Positions 1 through 7,839 of a stretch of 24,100 bases of DNA are shown in pieces. Numbering within the stretch: position 1 is the stretch's first letter; the number at the start of each line of letters is the position of its first letter. The DNA lies in IMG/VR virus record IMGVR_UViG_3300026085_000011, positions 1-24,100 of that record, one strand, 5' to 3'. The notes under the pieces are model-generated. The model was not told where the DNA came from. It saw nothing but the letters and a program-made list of their open reading frames with translations, and ran no database searches. Both the position numbers and the translations under genes were made by a program. The DNA comes from a virus (lineage: Duplodnaviria; Caudoviricetes).

Positions 1-750
1 ACCTTCGTGATCAACCCAACGTTGTAGCATTAAGTTGTTCCAATTATAACCTTTGCTAGATCTGTCTTCGAATGCTTCTTGTAATCCAACTTTGTTCTTT
101 GTACCTTTTACACGAACACCTGGATATGCTGAGAATACATTATCGCTAGTATCACCTCGCATACATTTTTCAAACAACAACCATTCTGGATTAGGTGCAG
201 GCTTCTCTTCTCCTGTTTTCTTATCCTTAACACGATTACCCTTTTCATCAAAGTAACCTTCGTGTGTAATTGTAGTTTTTTGTACACCGTTGTATTGTTT
301 TACGTTAGGTGCAATCAATTGTGCAAAGTCTCCATCTGTACTAATAATAACGTGATTATCATTTGGATGTGCTTCAATCCAACCAGCAATAAGATCATCT
401 GCTTCTAAGTTTTCGTGTCTTAGTACAGTACAGTTTGTTTTATTTTTAATAAAACCTGTGAATTCGTCAAATGTTTCCCAGAATACTGTTTCTTCTTCTT
501 GCTGACTAACAGTTAATGCATCGCGACTTTCTTGTCTATTTCTTTTGTAAGGAGCATAAACATCTTTACGCCAACTACGTCCTTCTAAACAAAATACAAC
601 GTGACTGCCATTAAAATCTTTCCACGCTTTTCTAATGCTACCAAAGGTTGCGTGTAAGGCCATACCAATTTTAAGTTCAGCATCACCTCTGACGGCGTGC
701 CTTGCTCTAAAAAATGTGTTTGCAGTATCTACCAATATATACGTCATCAT
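1..750 (-). CDS. rnh: T4-type RNase H / 5'-3' exonuclease (runs off the left edge of the window)
   Basis: Not in the ORF track. Manual translation from ATG 750/747: MTYILVDTANTFFRARH...VFCLEGRSWRKDVYAPYKRNR...EADDLIA...IISTDGDFAQL...RGDTSDNV. These are the conserved acidic motifs of the FEN/5'-nuclease family. ATGA overlap with the stop of the upstream gene. Confidence 0.9.
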   Translation of the reverse strand, partial: MMTYILVDTANTFFRARHAVRGDAELKIGMALHATFGSIRKAWKDFNGSHVVFCLEGRSWRKDVYAPYKRNRQESRDALTVSQQEEETVFWETFDEFTGFIKNKTNCTVLRHENLEADDLIAGWIEAHPNDNHVIISTDGDFAQLIAPNVKQYNGVQKTTITHEGYFDEKGNRVKDKKTGEEKPAPNPEWLLFEKCMRGDTSDNVFSAYPGVRVKGTKNKVGLQEAFEDRSSKGYNWNNLMLQRWVDHEG

Positions 751-1421
751 ACACCCTGTATAAATTTCATTTCGTTTCCGTTAGTAAATTTATCACCTTC
801 AACATATAAATCAAATGCTAAACTTACTCTTTCTTTGTTTTCTGTGTGTTTTCCAACACTGTGTTTAACATAACTAGGAAAGATTGTTAATCCTCCTTTT
901 ACATTATTAAACAATTTTACACTCTTTTCGTTAAATGGGCAATAGTAAATTGTGTCCGTATTGTAATGATCCAAATGCATATTTCCGCTTAGATAAGCAT
1001 ATTCACTACTACCGTGATCGTGTGCATCAAACTCTTGTCCTTGTCTTATCACATTGGCCCAACTTACTAATACACAATTTCTAACTTTTCCATCAGAGTA
1101 TTGATTAATGAACTCTACATATTGTCCTTTGATAAATGACAGTAAATTTTGAAATGCAGGTATGTTAGCAGTCATTTTAAACAAGTTGTAATAAGGATAC
1201 TTGCTTGTCAAACTATCACTACCCAAACCTGTGCCACCATCGCCGTGTGTTTTATGTTGAGGCTCATTATATTTTTTTATAATATTTTCTTCGGAATTTA
1301 AAATCCAATTTCTAATAAAATCAATATCATTAGAATTAGAATATGTTGTATTCCAAAAAGGTATGCTCCAACTAGGAGCAAACTCTGTTTGCGGATGAGC
1401 ACTTCGCAAATAAGAAAGCAT
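747..1421 (-). CDS. Putative 2OG-Fe(II) oxygenase-like protein (TIGR02466-like DSBH fold)
   Basis: WANV...HDH...YLSG...IFPSYVKHSV...ERVSLAFD pattern typical of marine-phage 2OG oxygenases. Confidence 0.75.
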   Translation of the reverse strand: MLSYLRSAHPQTEFAPSWSIPFWNTTYSNSNDIDFIRNWILNSEENIIKKYNEPQHKTHGDGGTGLGSDSLTSKYPYYNLFKMTANIPAFQNLLSFIKGQYVEFINQYSDGKVRNCVLVSWANVIRQGQEFDAHDHGSSEYAYLSGNMHLDHYNTDTIYYCPFNEKSVKLFNNVKGGLTIFPSYVKHSVGKHTENKERVSLAFDLYVEGDKFTNGNEMKFIQGV

Positions 1422-1792
1422 TAACTTACCTCTGATTTGCCGCCGCCGATATTCTTTGTATTAATGAACCCAGCACCCATTGGATTATCTGGTGTTGCTA
1501 CGCCTTCGTCTTTAGCAACATTTCCGCATAGTTCTTTAAACCACGCATCAACAATCGCTTCTTCGCTATCACCTTGATAACCATTTAGTCTAAGTTCTTT
1601 AATAAAGTATTCGTTCCAATCAAGTTCAAAAAAACCATTACGTGGATTATTGTCCTTCATTTCTACATTAAGAACAGTTACGTACGGTTGTTTCTTTTTT
1701 GTTGCTTCTGCTTTTGCATCTGTTGTTTTCTCTTTAGATACAGTAGCAGGAACGTGACCTTTATCAAAAAGTTTTTTTAGTTTATCTAACAT
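1421..1792 (-). CDS. Hypothetical phage protein
   Basis: 123 aa ORF with AGGA RBS and TAATG coupling to the next gene; FELDWNEYF segment; no function recognised. Confidence 0.75.
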   Translation of the reverse strand: MLDKLKKLFDKGHVPATVSKEKTTDAKAEATKKKQPYVTVLNVEMKDNNPRNGFFELDWNEYFIKELRLNGYQGDSEEAIVDAWFKELCGNVAKDEGVATPDNPMGAGFINTKNIGGGKSEVS

Positions 1793-1834
1793 TATAGTCC
1801 TGCCTTTCTTGCCTTGTCATCTAGTTCTTGTTGT

Positions 1835-2707
1835 TTATGTTCCCCAGGCGTTGCCGAATATGTCGACGTGTAGTCTAGGTGTGTACCTCCAGCCTCGCTC
1901 CATTGCCAATGTTGCGACTCGTCTAGTGTTGAGTTGGTATTCTTCCGACCTACCACCGAGAGGCATAACGTATACAGGGCAATCAATCCCTTCTTTACGA
2001 TATTCGCTAACGGCTTTAGTAACTTCGTCCACATCATATTCATTAGCCACAACAAACTTGAAATACATACTAGCACCAGGTACATCGTAATAAGTCCTAG
2101 CAATTTCAGGCTTGATAGCATCGCTCCAAGTTTCGCCCGAAACGGAAAGTTTCGGAGAGCAACTCCAAGTAATTTCAAATCTATTTTGAGATCCGAGATA
2201 GTCTCGGAAATCATCTCTAAGTTTTTGTGTTGTATTTGTTTCAAACGTGACATTTTTTAAGTCTCTCATCTTTGGGTGTTCGAATAGATCAATATATAAT
2301 CTTTGCCATCCAAGCAAAGGTTCGCCACCTGTTAATATAAAATGAACATCCTGTCCATTATCCATAGTCCATTTCCCCTCTGGGGTTAGACTTAATACAT
2401 AATCAACCACTTCGTCAATTGTGTGGTCTTTCATATACTTCTTAAATTCAGGATAGATACTTGCATAAGTATCACAACCTGTGTGGACAATGGGTAAGTC
2501 CTCGAACTTATTTACCTTGTCTAAAATACCATCATCTAAAAGTGCTTTTACTTCAGGATTGTACTTACCTTTTACAGTTCCACGCTCTAATCCAAAATTC
2601 ATACAACGAAAATTACAACCAAAGGTACGCAAAAATACACTAGGCACTCCTACAAATCTACCTTCACCTTGAACACTATAAAATGCTTCACTATATCTTA
2701 ACTTCAT
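1835..2707 (-). CDS. queE: 7-carboxy-7-deazaguanine synthase (radical SAM) with split Fe-S motif
   Basis: EAFYSVQGEG, VFLRTFGCNFRC...GCDT, LTGGEP, FETN, CSPKL, PRLH motifs; ATGA-coupled to folE. Confidence 0.9.
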   Translation of the reverse strand: MKLRYSEAFYSVQGEGRFVGVPSVFLRTFGCNFRCMNFGLERGTVKGKYNPEVKALLDDGILDKVNKFEDLPIVHTGCDTYASIYPEFKKYMKDHTIDEVVDYVLSLTPEGKWTMDNGQDVHFILTGGEPLLGWQRLYIDLFEHPKMRDLKNVTFETNTTQKLRDDFRDYLGSQNRFEITWSCSPKLSVSGETWSDAIKPEIARTYYDVPGASMYFKFVVANEYDVDEVTKAVSEYRKEGIDCPVYVMPLGGRSEEYQLNTRRVATLAMERGWRYTPRLHVDIFGNAWGT

Positions 2708-3390
2708 CTTGGTGCAAACTCCTGTTGTAATTTAATATTGTCCATAAATTCTTTCTTTGTACCTGGATCATCTTTAAAACTACCTTTTAGTACAGTTGTT
2801 TGAGTTAATGAACTATGTGCCATAATACCTCTATTCTCACAACAACCGTGTGTTGCTTGAATGTAAACACCTAGATGTTTTGCATCTGTGGCCTTTTCAA
2901 TTTCACGTGCAATATCATTTGCAAGTTCTTCTTGCAGTGTACCACGTCTAGCACACCATTGTGCAATACGTGTATATTTAGAAAGTCCAATAACCTTACC
3001 ATTAGGAATAACACCAATGTATGCAACACCTGTTACTGGTTGATGGTGATGTGAACAAACACTTTTTAGTTCTGAACGAACTACAAGCATACCTGTATAT
3101 GCGTCTTTACCTTCATTTGGAAATGCAGTAGCAACAGGAATACGATCATAACGACCTTGCATTAACTCATTGTAATACATTTTAGCAAGACGTCTAGCAG
3201 TTCCTTCACTGTTAGGATCATTTTCTCTATCAATTATAAGTGCATCTAGCACACCTTCAAACTTTTCAGTTGCTTCTTCAATTAGTTTTTCTTTTTCACC
3301 TTCATAGATGAATTCGCTAATATTATCGCCCGCCCAATAACGCTTCTTAGCGTCTTTAAGTCTGCGTGTTACTTCTTCATATATTTTCAT
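2704..3390 (-). CDS. folE: GTP cyclohydrolase I
   Basis: SVCSHHHQP, GLSKYTR, LQEEL, HGCCENRG Zn/GTP-binding motifs. Confidence 0.95.
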   Translation of the reverse strand: MKIYEEVTRRLKDAKKRYWAGDNISEFIYEGEKEKLIEEATEKFEGVLDALIIDRENDPNSEGTARRLAKMYYNELMQGRYDRIPVATAFPNEGKDAYTGMLVVRSELKSVCSHHHQPVTGVAYIGVIPNGKVIGLSKYTRIAQWCARRGTLQEELANDIAREIEKATDAKHLGVYIQATHGCCENRGIMAHSSLTQTTVLKGSFKDDPGTKKEFMDNIKLQQEFAPR

Positions 3391-3434
3391 TTACTTTCTC
3401 CGAGTTTAAGACGAGGATGTCTAATACTGTTTAC

Positions 3435-3463
3435 ATTATATACTTTATTTAGGTTTTTGTCAA
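3435..3463 (-). promoter_or_regulatory. Consensus sigma70-type promoter for folE-queE, with nested TAAATA late-promoter-like element
   Basis: TTGACA(3463-3458)-17 bp-TATAAT(3440-3435); TAAATA at 3451-3446. Confidence 0.8.
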
Positions 3464-4191
3464 GAATCAATTATGCTTTCCTTTATTATTTTGAGTATTT
3501 TTTTGTTCATTTTAGATCTAACAAAGTATTCATACAATTTTGGAATTGGAATTACCCCTTGACTATGCTTGTGAATGGTACTACAAATATAACTTGGATG
3601 TTTTTCTCCAAGTTGTCGCATTTTGGTATCATCAAATTCAACCAATTGCACTTTATCTTCGGTATTAAACCAAATATACATTAGTGCATCGCCTTCTTTG
3701 ATGCTTAGATTCATTACACCATTATTAATTAAAAACGTAGGTTTCCATAAATGAAACCATCTGCTAATATCAAAAGATGCGTTTAGTATTTTTGTATTAC
3801 GTACAAAATTATTGTTATCATACACGGCTGAATTTTGTAATGCATACAAATTTTGTTCGCTAAAGAAGAAATAAGAGTATGCTAATTGATGTAAACCTTT
3901 CTTTCCTTGTGGCTCACCAAAAAAATGTCTAACAAATTCTTCGTTTTGTCCTTTTACGTCCCAGTTACCGTTTGGTAAAATTGTAAGGTCAACACTAATA
4001 GGTGACTTAATTACAAAAGTATTTTGCATAACATTAGTAACAGGTGGACATCTATGGGCCATATCGCCTAAAAAGTCTTTTACGTTGATATGTTTAGTCA
4101 AGCGTTCAGGTTCCGGATACCTTAATTCACTTATGTATCCTGGACTATTAATAGTTTCCGGAGCCTTACACCAATATACTTTCATTAACAC
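3460..4191 (-). CDS. Hypothetical protein
   Basis: 243 aa ORF overlapping the HIT gene stop; RCP...N.FVIKSP and IKEGDAL segments suggest a beta-rich fold; no function assigned. Confidence 0.7.
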   Translation of the reverse strand: MLMKVYWCKAPETINSPGYISELRYPEPERLTKHINVKDFLGDMAHRCPPVTNVMQNTFVIKSPISVDLTILPNGNWDVKGQNEEFVRHFFGEPQGKKGLHQLAYSYFFFSEQNLYALQNSAVYDNNNFVRNTKILNASFDISRWFHLWKPTFLINNGVMNLSIKEGDALMYIWFNTEDKVQLVEFDDTKMRQLGEKHPSYICSTIHKHSQGVIPIPKLYEYFVRSKMNKKILKIIKESIIDS

Positions 4192-4604
4192 CCAACCGTT
4201 TCTTCAAACATATCTAATTGTTCTTCTGTTTTTGGATAGTATTTCTGCTTATCGGGTATTACTCCTCTAACACCGCCTTTAGGATCTTTCATATCTCCGT
4301 CCCTACGGAAAATTAAGTGAACGTGTGGATACATACAAGTTTGTCCTGCACTCTTGCCCATATTGATTCCAATGTTGTATCCAGTAACATCGTTGTCTGC
4401 TTGTACATTTTGATCGCCCATAGCAAGAGCAAACTTAAAACAACGAAGTATTTCTTCTTGTGTTGCTTCTGTAGGAACAACAAGAGTATGTCCTTCTGTT
4501 ACAGGATAGATGTCTTTGTAAACAACAAAGTCTCTAGTTTTGTATTCTACTTCTGTCCAAGGTGCTCTACCTTCTTGTTGTGCTTTTTCTAAAGTATCAA
4601 TCAT
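4185..4604 (-). CDS. HIT-family nucleotide hydrolase
   Basis: DIYPVTEGHTLVVP, YNIGINMGKSAGQT, YPHVHLI (variant histidine triad). Confidence 0.9.
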   Translation of the reverse strand: MIDTLEKAQQEGRAPWTEVEYKTRDFVVYKDIYPVTEGHTLVVPTEATQEEILRCFKFALAMGDQNVQADNDVTGYNIGINMGKSAGQTCMYPHVHLIFRRDGDMKDPKGGVRGVIPDKQKYYPKTEEQLDMFEETVGC

Positions 4605-4995
4605 ATGCTAGTTCCTCTGTAATGTATCTTTTTAATTCCTTATCTTGTACGTCCGTAGGTATTTCATTTTTATAAAAAATTCTATAACTGTCAGAACCGT
4701 ACTTACCAATGCCGTATAGTTGTGTAGCATCTTCGCCGTCCCAATGTTCTATTTGAATGCTCATTTTATAAATGCGTTTTGCTCTTACCTTTTGCATACC
4801 TAACGGTGCTAAGAATTCTTCCAACATAGGAATAGTTGCTGAACGCAACAGTTTGTGTGCCGTTGGCCAGCGTTTAAAAAATTCTGTAAGCAAAGGTTTA
4901 GTTTGACGTCTATTAACTTGATTAAGACAAATGACACCAACCATATGTTGCCATACATTAGCAACCTGTTGTTGTACCATTAAATCGTCACGCAT
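4597..4995 (-). CDS. HhH-family DNA glycosylase, MBD4-like minimal catalytic domain
   Basis: W..MV..ICLNQ, FFKRWPT, PLG...RA, LYGIGKYGSDSYRIF (MBD4 has LHGIGKYGNDSYRIF). Confidence 0.8.
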   Translation of the reverse strand: MRDDLMVQQQVANVWQHMVGVICLNQVNRRQTKPLLTEFFKRWPTAHKLLRSATIPMLEEFLAPLGMQKVRAKRIYKMSIQIEHWDGEDATQLYGIGKYGSDSYRIFYKNEIPTDVQDKELKRYITEELAYD

Positions 4996-5140
4996 CTTTT
5001 TCTCTTATATGTCTATAGTCTAAATAACCAGAACACCATTCATAAAAATGTTTGTCTGTGTCTGGCCAACATTCCGCAAAAGCAGGATCGTTTTTTCTCA
5101 TTTCTCTATATTCCGATCTTGCTTCTGTTTCTGTTATCAT
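4988..5140 (-). CDS. Small hypothetical protein (50 aa)
   Basis: Below the ORF-track cutoff. MITETEARSEYREMRKNDPAFAECWPDTDKHFYEWCSGYLDYRHIREKDA fills the gap between clpP and the glycosylase. Confidence 0.7.
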   Translation of the reverse strand: MITETEARSEYREMRKNDPAFAECWPDTDKHFYEWCSGYLDYRHIREKDA

Positions 5141-5143
5141 ATA

Positions 5144-5701
5144 TTAGTATAAGTCTTCTATTTTATCACAGATTTTTAGTTTCTTTGCCTCTTCGGCACT
5201 TAACCAAACGTCCTGTGGTGGTAAAAGAATTTCTTTAATTTTTGCTTCTGTCATACCAATGCATTTTTTATAATGCTTGATCATACGTTCTGTTGATAAT
5301 TCAAATTCTCTTACACGAGCATATAATTCGTGTTCTTTACCTCTGCTACCCCAACTGTACTGATGTGATAGTATGCTTGTATTAGGAGTAAGGATACGTT
5401 GTCCTTTTTGTCCTGCAATAAAAATTAAAAATCCACAACTTGCAATAAGTCCTAGTCCTACTGTTTTAATAGGTATACTACTTGACTTCATTACATCAAT
5501 TAGTGCAAAAGCGGAGTGTACATCTCCACCTGGTGAATTAATTACGATTGTTAATTGTGGTAATGGATTGTCAGCAAGATTATGATTCATTACCCACTTA
5601 ATTGCGTCCTTGCAAGAAGCAGATGTTATTTGATCCATTAAAAGGTAAACACCATTTGCTTCTATGTTTTGTATTTGTTGTTGTTGTTCTTTTTTAGCCA
5701 T
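5144..5701 (-). CDS. clpP: ClpP-family serine protease
   Basis: INSPGGDV, GLIASCG (Ser), LSHQ (His), QDVWLSAEEA (Asp); triad appears intact. Confidence 0.9.
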   Translation of the reverse strand: MAKKEQQQQIQNIEANGVYLLMDQITSASCKDAIKWVMNHNLADNPLPQLTIVINSPGGDVHSAFALIDVMKSSSIPIKTVGLGLIASCGFLIFIAGQKGQRILTPNTSILSHQYSWGSRGKEHELYARVREFELSTERMIKHYKKCIGMTEAKIKEILLPPQDVWLSAEEAKKLKICDKIEDLY

Positions 5702-6236
5702 AGTGTCCTACATTTTCCCACGGATATACTAACCAGCAATCCTCTTCTGCTTTGTTTACTTCATCACAAGAGTATGACACACCGTCAAACTCACTGCTTA
5801 GATTTTCCGTTAATACTGCGAAACGAACGTTGCCGCCCCATACCTTTTCCCACTTAGGATCACCTGGTAAACAACTTGCTTGCCAATCGTCTTTAATCCA
5901 ATTAAATGTAGAACCGGTATCGTTAATATCGTCTACAACAAGAATGTTTTTTGCAGTCGGTCCGCCTGTAGCAACTTTACCATCATTATACCCGTAAGCG
6001 TCTTCGCTCATCCAAGCATTAGTTTCTAAATTACTTTCATCATCACGTAGTGCAACCTTAAGTGCTTCACAACGAATGCCTGTCATATTGGAAATAATTG
6101 TAGCAGGTACATTACCGCCTCGTGTAATGCCCACAATGTAATCAGGACGCCAATTGTCCTTGTACATTTGATTTACAATGCTAACACACATTGTTTCTAC
6201 ATCTTTCCAACTATAAAATTTCTTTTTAATGTTCAT
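5694..6236 (-). CDS. Type I phosphoribosyltransferase (xanthine/guanine PRT-like)
   Basis: SW.D, IVGITRGG, PRPP loop ILVVDDINDTGST, WLVYPWE C-terminus as in Gpt-like enzymes. Confidence 0.88.
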   Translation of the reverse strand: MNIKKKFYSWKDVETMCVSIVNQMYKDNWRPDYIVGITRGGNVPATIISNMTGIRCEALKVALRDDESNLETNAWMSEDAYGYNDGKVATGGPTAKNILVVDDINDTGSTFNWIKDDWQASCLPGDPKWEKVWGGNVRFAVLTENLSSEFDGVSYSCDEVNKAEEDCWLVYPWENVGHYG

Positions 6237-6242
6237 AACTAT

Positions 6243-6272
6243 ATTTTAACACCTTTTAATAGTAAAAGTCAA
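6243..6272 (-). promoter_or_regulatory. Sigma70-type promoter (extended -10) in front of the PRTase
   Basis: TTGACT(6272-6267)-18 bp-TAAAAT(6248-6243), preceded by TGn. Confidence 0.6.
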
Positions 6273-6275
6273 GTA

Positions 6276-6623
6276 TTAATCGTTCCAGTCAATTTCACCG
6301 TAGTGAATTTTATTAACTTTGTCCCAGGTAAATGAACGCCAACCCTTTGCATTAATGTCATACACTGCACAAAGTTTATCTTCTGTGCTATCTTTATCTT
6401 CTTTCTTTTCCTTTTTACCTTTTGGTAATTGATCTTTTGGAATAAGACCTTCGGATAAAGTACACGCCATTACTCTACGATCGCCATTCTTTTTAACAAA
6501 ATCAACAGTCATAACCTGTTGGCCCAATAAGGACCTTACCCAAGTTTTTTCTTCGATAGTGTTAAACGGTACCAAGTTTTTCTCTTTCTCTAAGATATTG
6601 TTCACTTTCAATCCATTTTCCAT
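6276..6623 (-). CDS. WYL_2/DUF2693-like SH3-fold phage protein
   Basis: VDFVKKNGDRRVMACTL and VYDINAKGWRSF motifs; the true start may be the in-frame TTG at 6575. Confidence 0.7.
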   Translation of the reverse strand: MENGLKVNNILEKEKNLVPFNTIEEKTWVRSLLGQQVMTVDFVKKNGDRRVMACTLSEGLIPKDQLPKGKKEKKEDKDSTEDKLCAVYDINAKGWRSFTWDKVNKIHYGEIDWND

Positions 6624-7005
6624 TTTTTACAAATCCCCATTTTCCATCATTTACTTTTTTGCCCATATAGAATAAACTCCAGCAAGGTAATTCATTCCCG
6701 TTTTCATCCTTGGCAAGTTCTAGCCTATGCAGGTCCGTGCTCTTGCGGTAACGGAAATGACCTGGTCCTCTCCAGAACTTGCCTTCAGGGGTATGTTCAT
6801 AATACCCGCCCTTGAGAATTAGAGTCGCATAATTCCAAGGATGATCGTGTAAGTCGTCTAGGTCGCTTACAAGAATTTTGTGAAGAGTTATATTAAAGGG
6901 AAAGTTCTTTCGATCTTTTAAAAAGATATAGTACCTAATCAAGTATGGTACTTTGCCTTCTCGATCGTATATTGTTCTTACTCTATTTTTAAACAGTGAT
7001 AACAT
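6562..7005 (-). CDS. Cupin-fold metalloprotein
   Basis: LHDHPW...ILKGGYYEH...HRL metal-binding HxH-E-H pattern. Confidence 0.7.
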   Translation of the reverse strand: MLSLFKNRVRTIYDREGKVPYLIRYYIFLKDRKNFPFNITLHKILVSDLDDLHDHPWNYATLILKGGYYEHTPEGKFWRGPGHFRYRKSTDLHRLELAKDENGNELPCWSLFYMGKKVNDGKWGFVKNGKWIESEQYLREREKLGTV

Positions 7006-7331
7006 TATTCCTCGTTGTCCTTATCTGCTTTTACCATATCATATACATATTTGAATTGTTGCCACAATGCTTTACAAGTAGGATTAGAATTAATTAGATC
7101 CGGATCAAGTTGAAACTCATTTCCTGGATAATTCCAATCGATGGTATCTGTGTTAATTGTGTATGTTCCTACGTTAGTACCTATTCCTAAATCATCAGAT
7201 GAAACAGAATATGTAGGATTAATACCGCTGGTATAGTATTCTCCTTCTGTTGTAGGACTCCAAGTTATAGTACTTGGAAAATCATCATTTGCCGATCCGA
7301 TACTAATCTCAGTTGTCTTTTCTTTGGTCAT
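7005..7331 (-). CDS. Hypothetical protein
   Basis: 108 aa Thr/Ser-rich ORF overlapping both neighbours. Confidence 0.65.
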   Translation of the reverse strand: MTKEKTTEISIGSANDDFPSTITWSPTTEGEYYTSGINPTYSVSSDDLGIGTNVGTYTINTDTIDWNYPGNEFQLDPDLINSNPTCKALWQQFKYVYDMVKADKDNEE

Positions 7332-7839
7332 CTTCGTTTACCTTTGCGTGAAGTATTAAATTAACACTAATCCTAGCAGGAGTAGTATTTTTAATTGCTT
7401 GATGTAACAGATTACTGTTAAACAGTACTGCCCTATTTTGTTTGTGTTCAACTACCTGTCCGTCAATAGTTGTGCCACCATCAGCATCATTTACATAGTA
7501 AAGAAGACTATAACGATCGGATCTATCAGTGTCGATATGTTCTTCAACTGTTTGACCAGGTGTATATAAGTTTGCTCTACAACGTTCAAGTTCAATTAGT
7601 GTAAACCAATCTTTGTTGTTGTAGAAAAAATTATCAAATATAAAAGTAAGGCTAGGTGCATATTGCAACCCATTAATACCTTTTTGATTATGAAATAATT
7701 CGTGACCAAACGCACTTACGTTAGGATGATCACTGTACGCACCACTAGGCCAATACCAAGGAAAAAGACCATTAGCCATTTCTCCTAGCAGTCTAGAATG
7801 TAACCATTCAGGTGCAAAATCATCAATTACTTTTATCAT
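7309..7839 (-). CDS. 2OG-Fe(II) oxygenase (prolyl-4-hydroxylase-like)
   Basis: HID (HxD), LYYVNDADGGT, NRAVLF...H, RISVN. Confidence 0.85.
   Translation of the reverse strand: MIKVIDDFAPEWLHSRLLGEMANGLFPWYWPSGAYSDHPNVSAFGHELFHNQKGINGLQYAPSLTFIFDNFFYNNKDWFTLIELERCRANLYTPGQTVEEHIDTDRSDRYSLLYYVNDADGGTTIDGQVVEHKQNRAVLFNSNLLHQAIKNTTPARISVNLILHAKVNEDDQRKDN

Noticed and set aside
1792-2253. 153-aa alternative-frame ORF overlapping queE and ending TAATG at the next gene (possible frameshift extension ...QQELDDKARKAGL)
   Set aside because: It lies almost wholly within queE, which ends normally (GNAWGT). No slippery site is evident, and the tail sequence is explained by the next gene's RBS.
5675-5688. 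(CAA)n poly-Gln microsatellite at the clpP N-terminus
   Set aside because: Only about four in-frame units; unremarkable.
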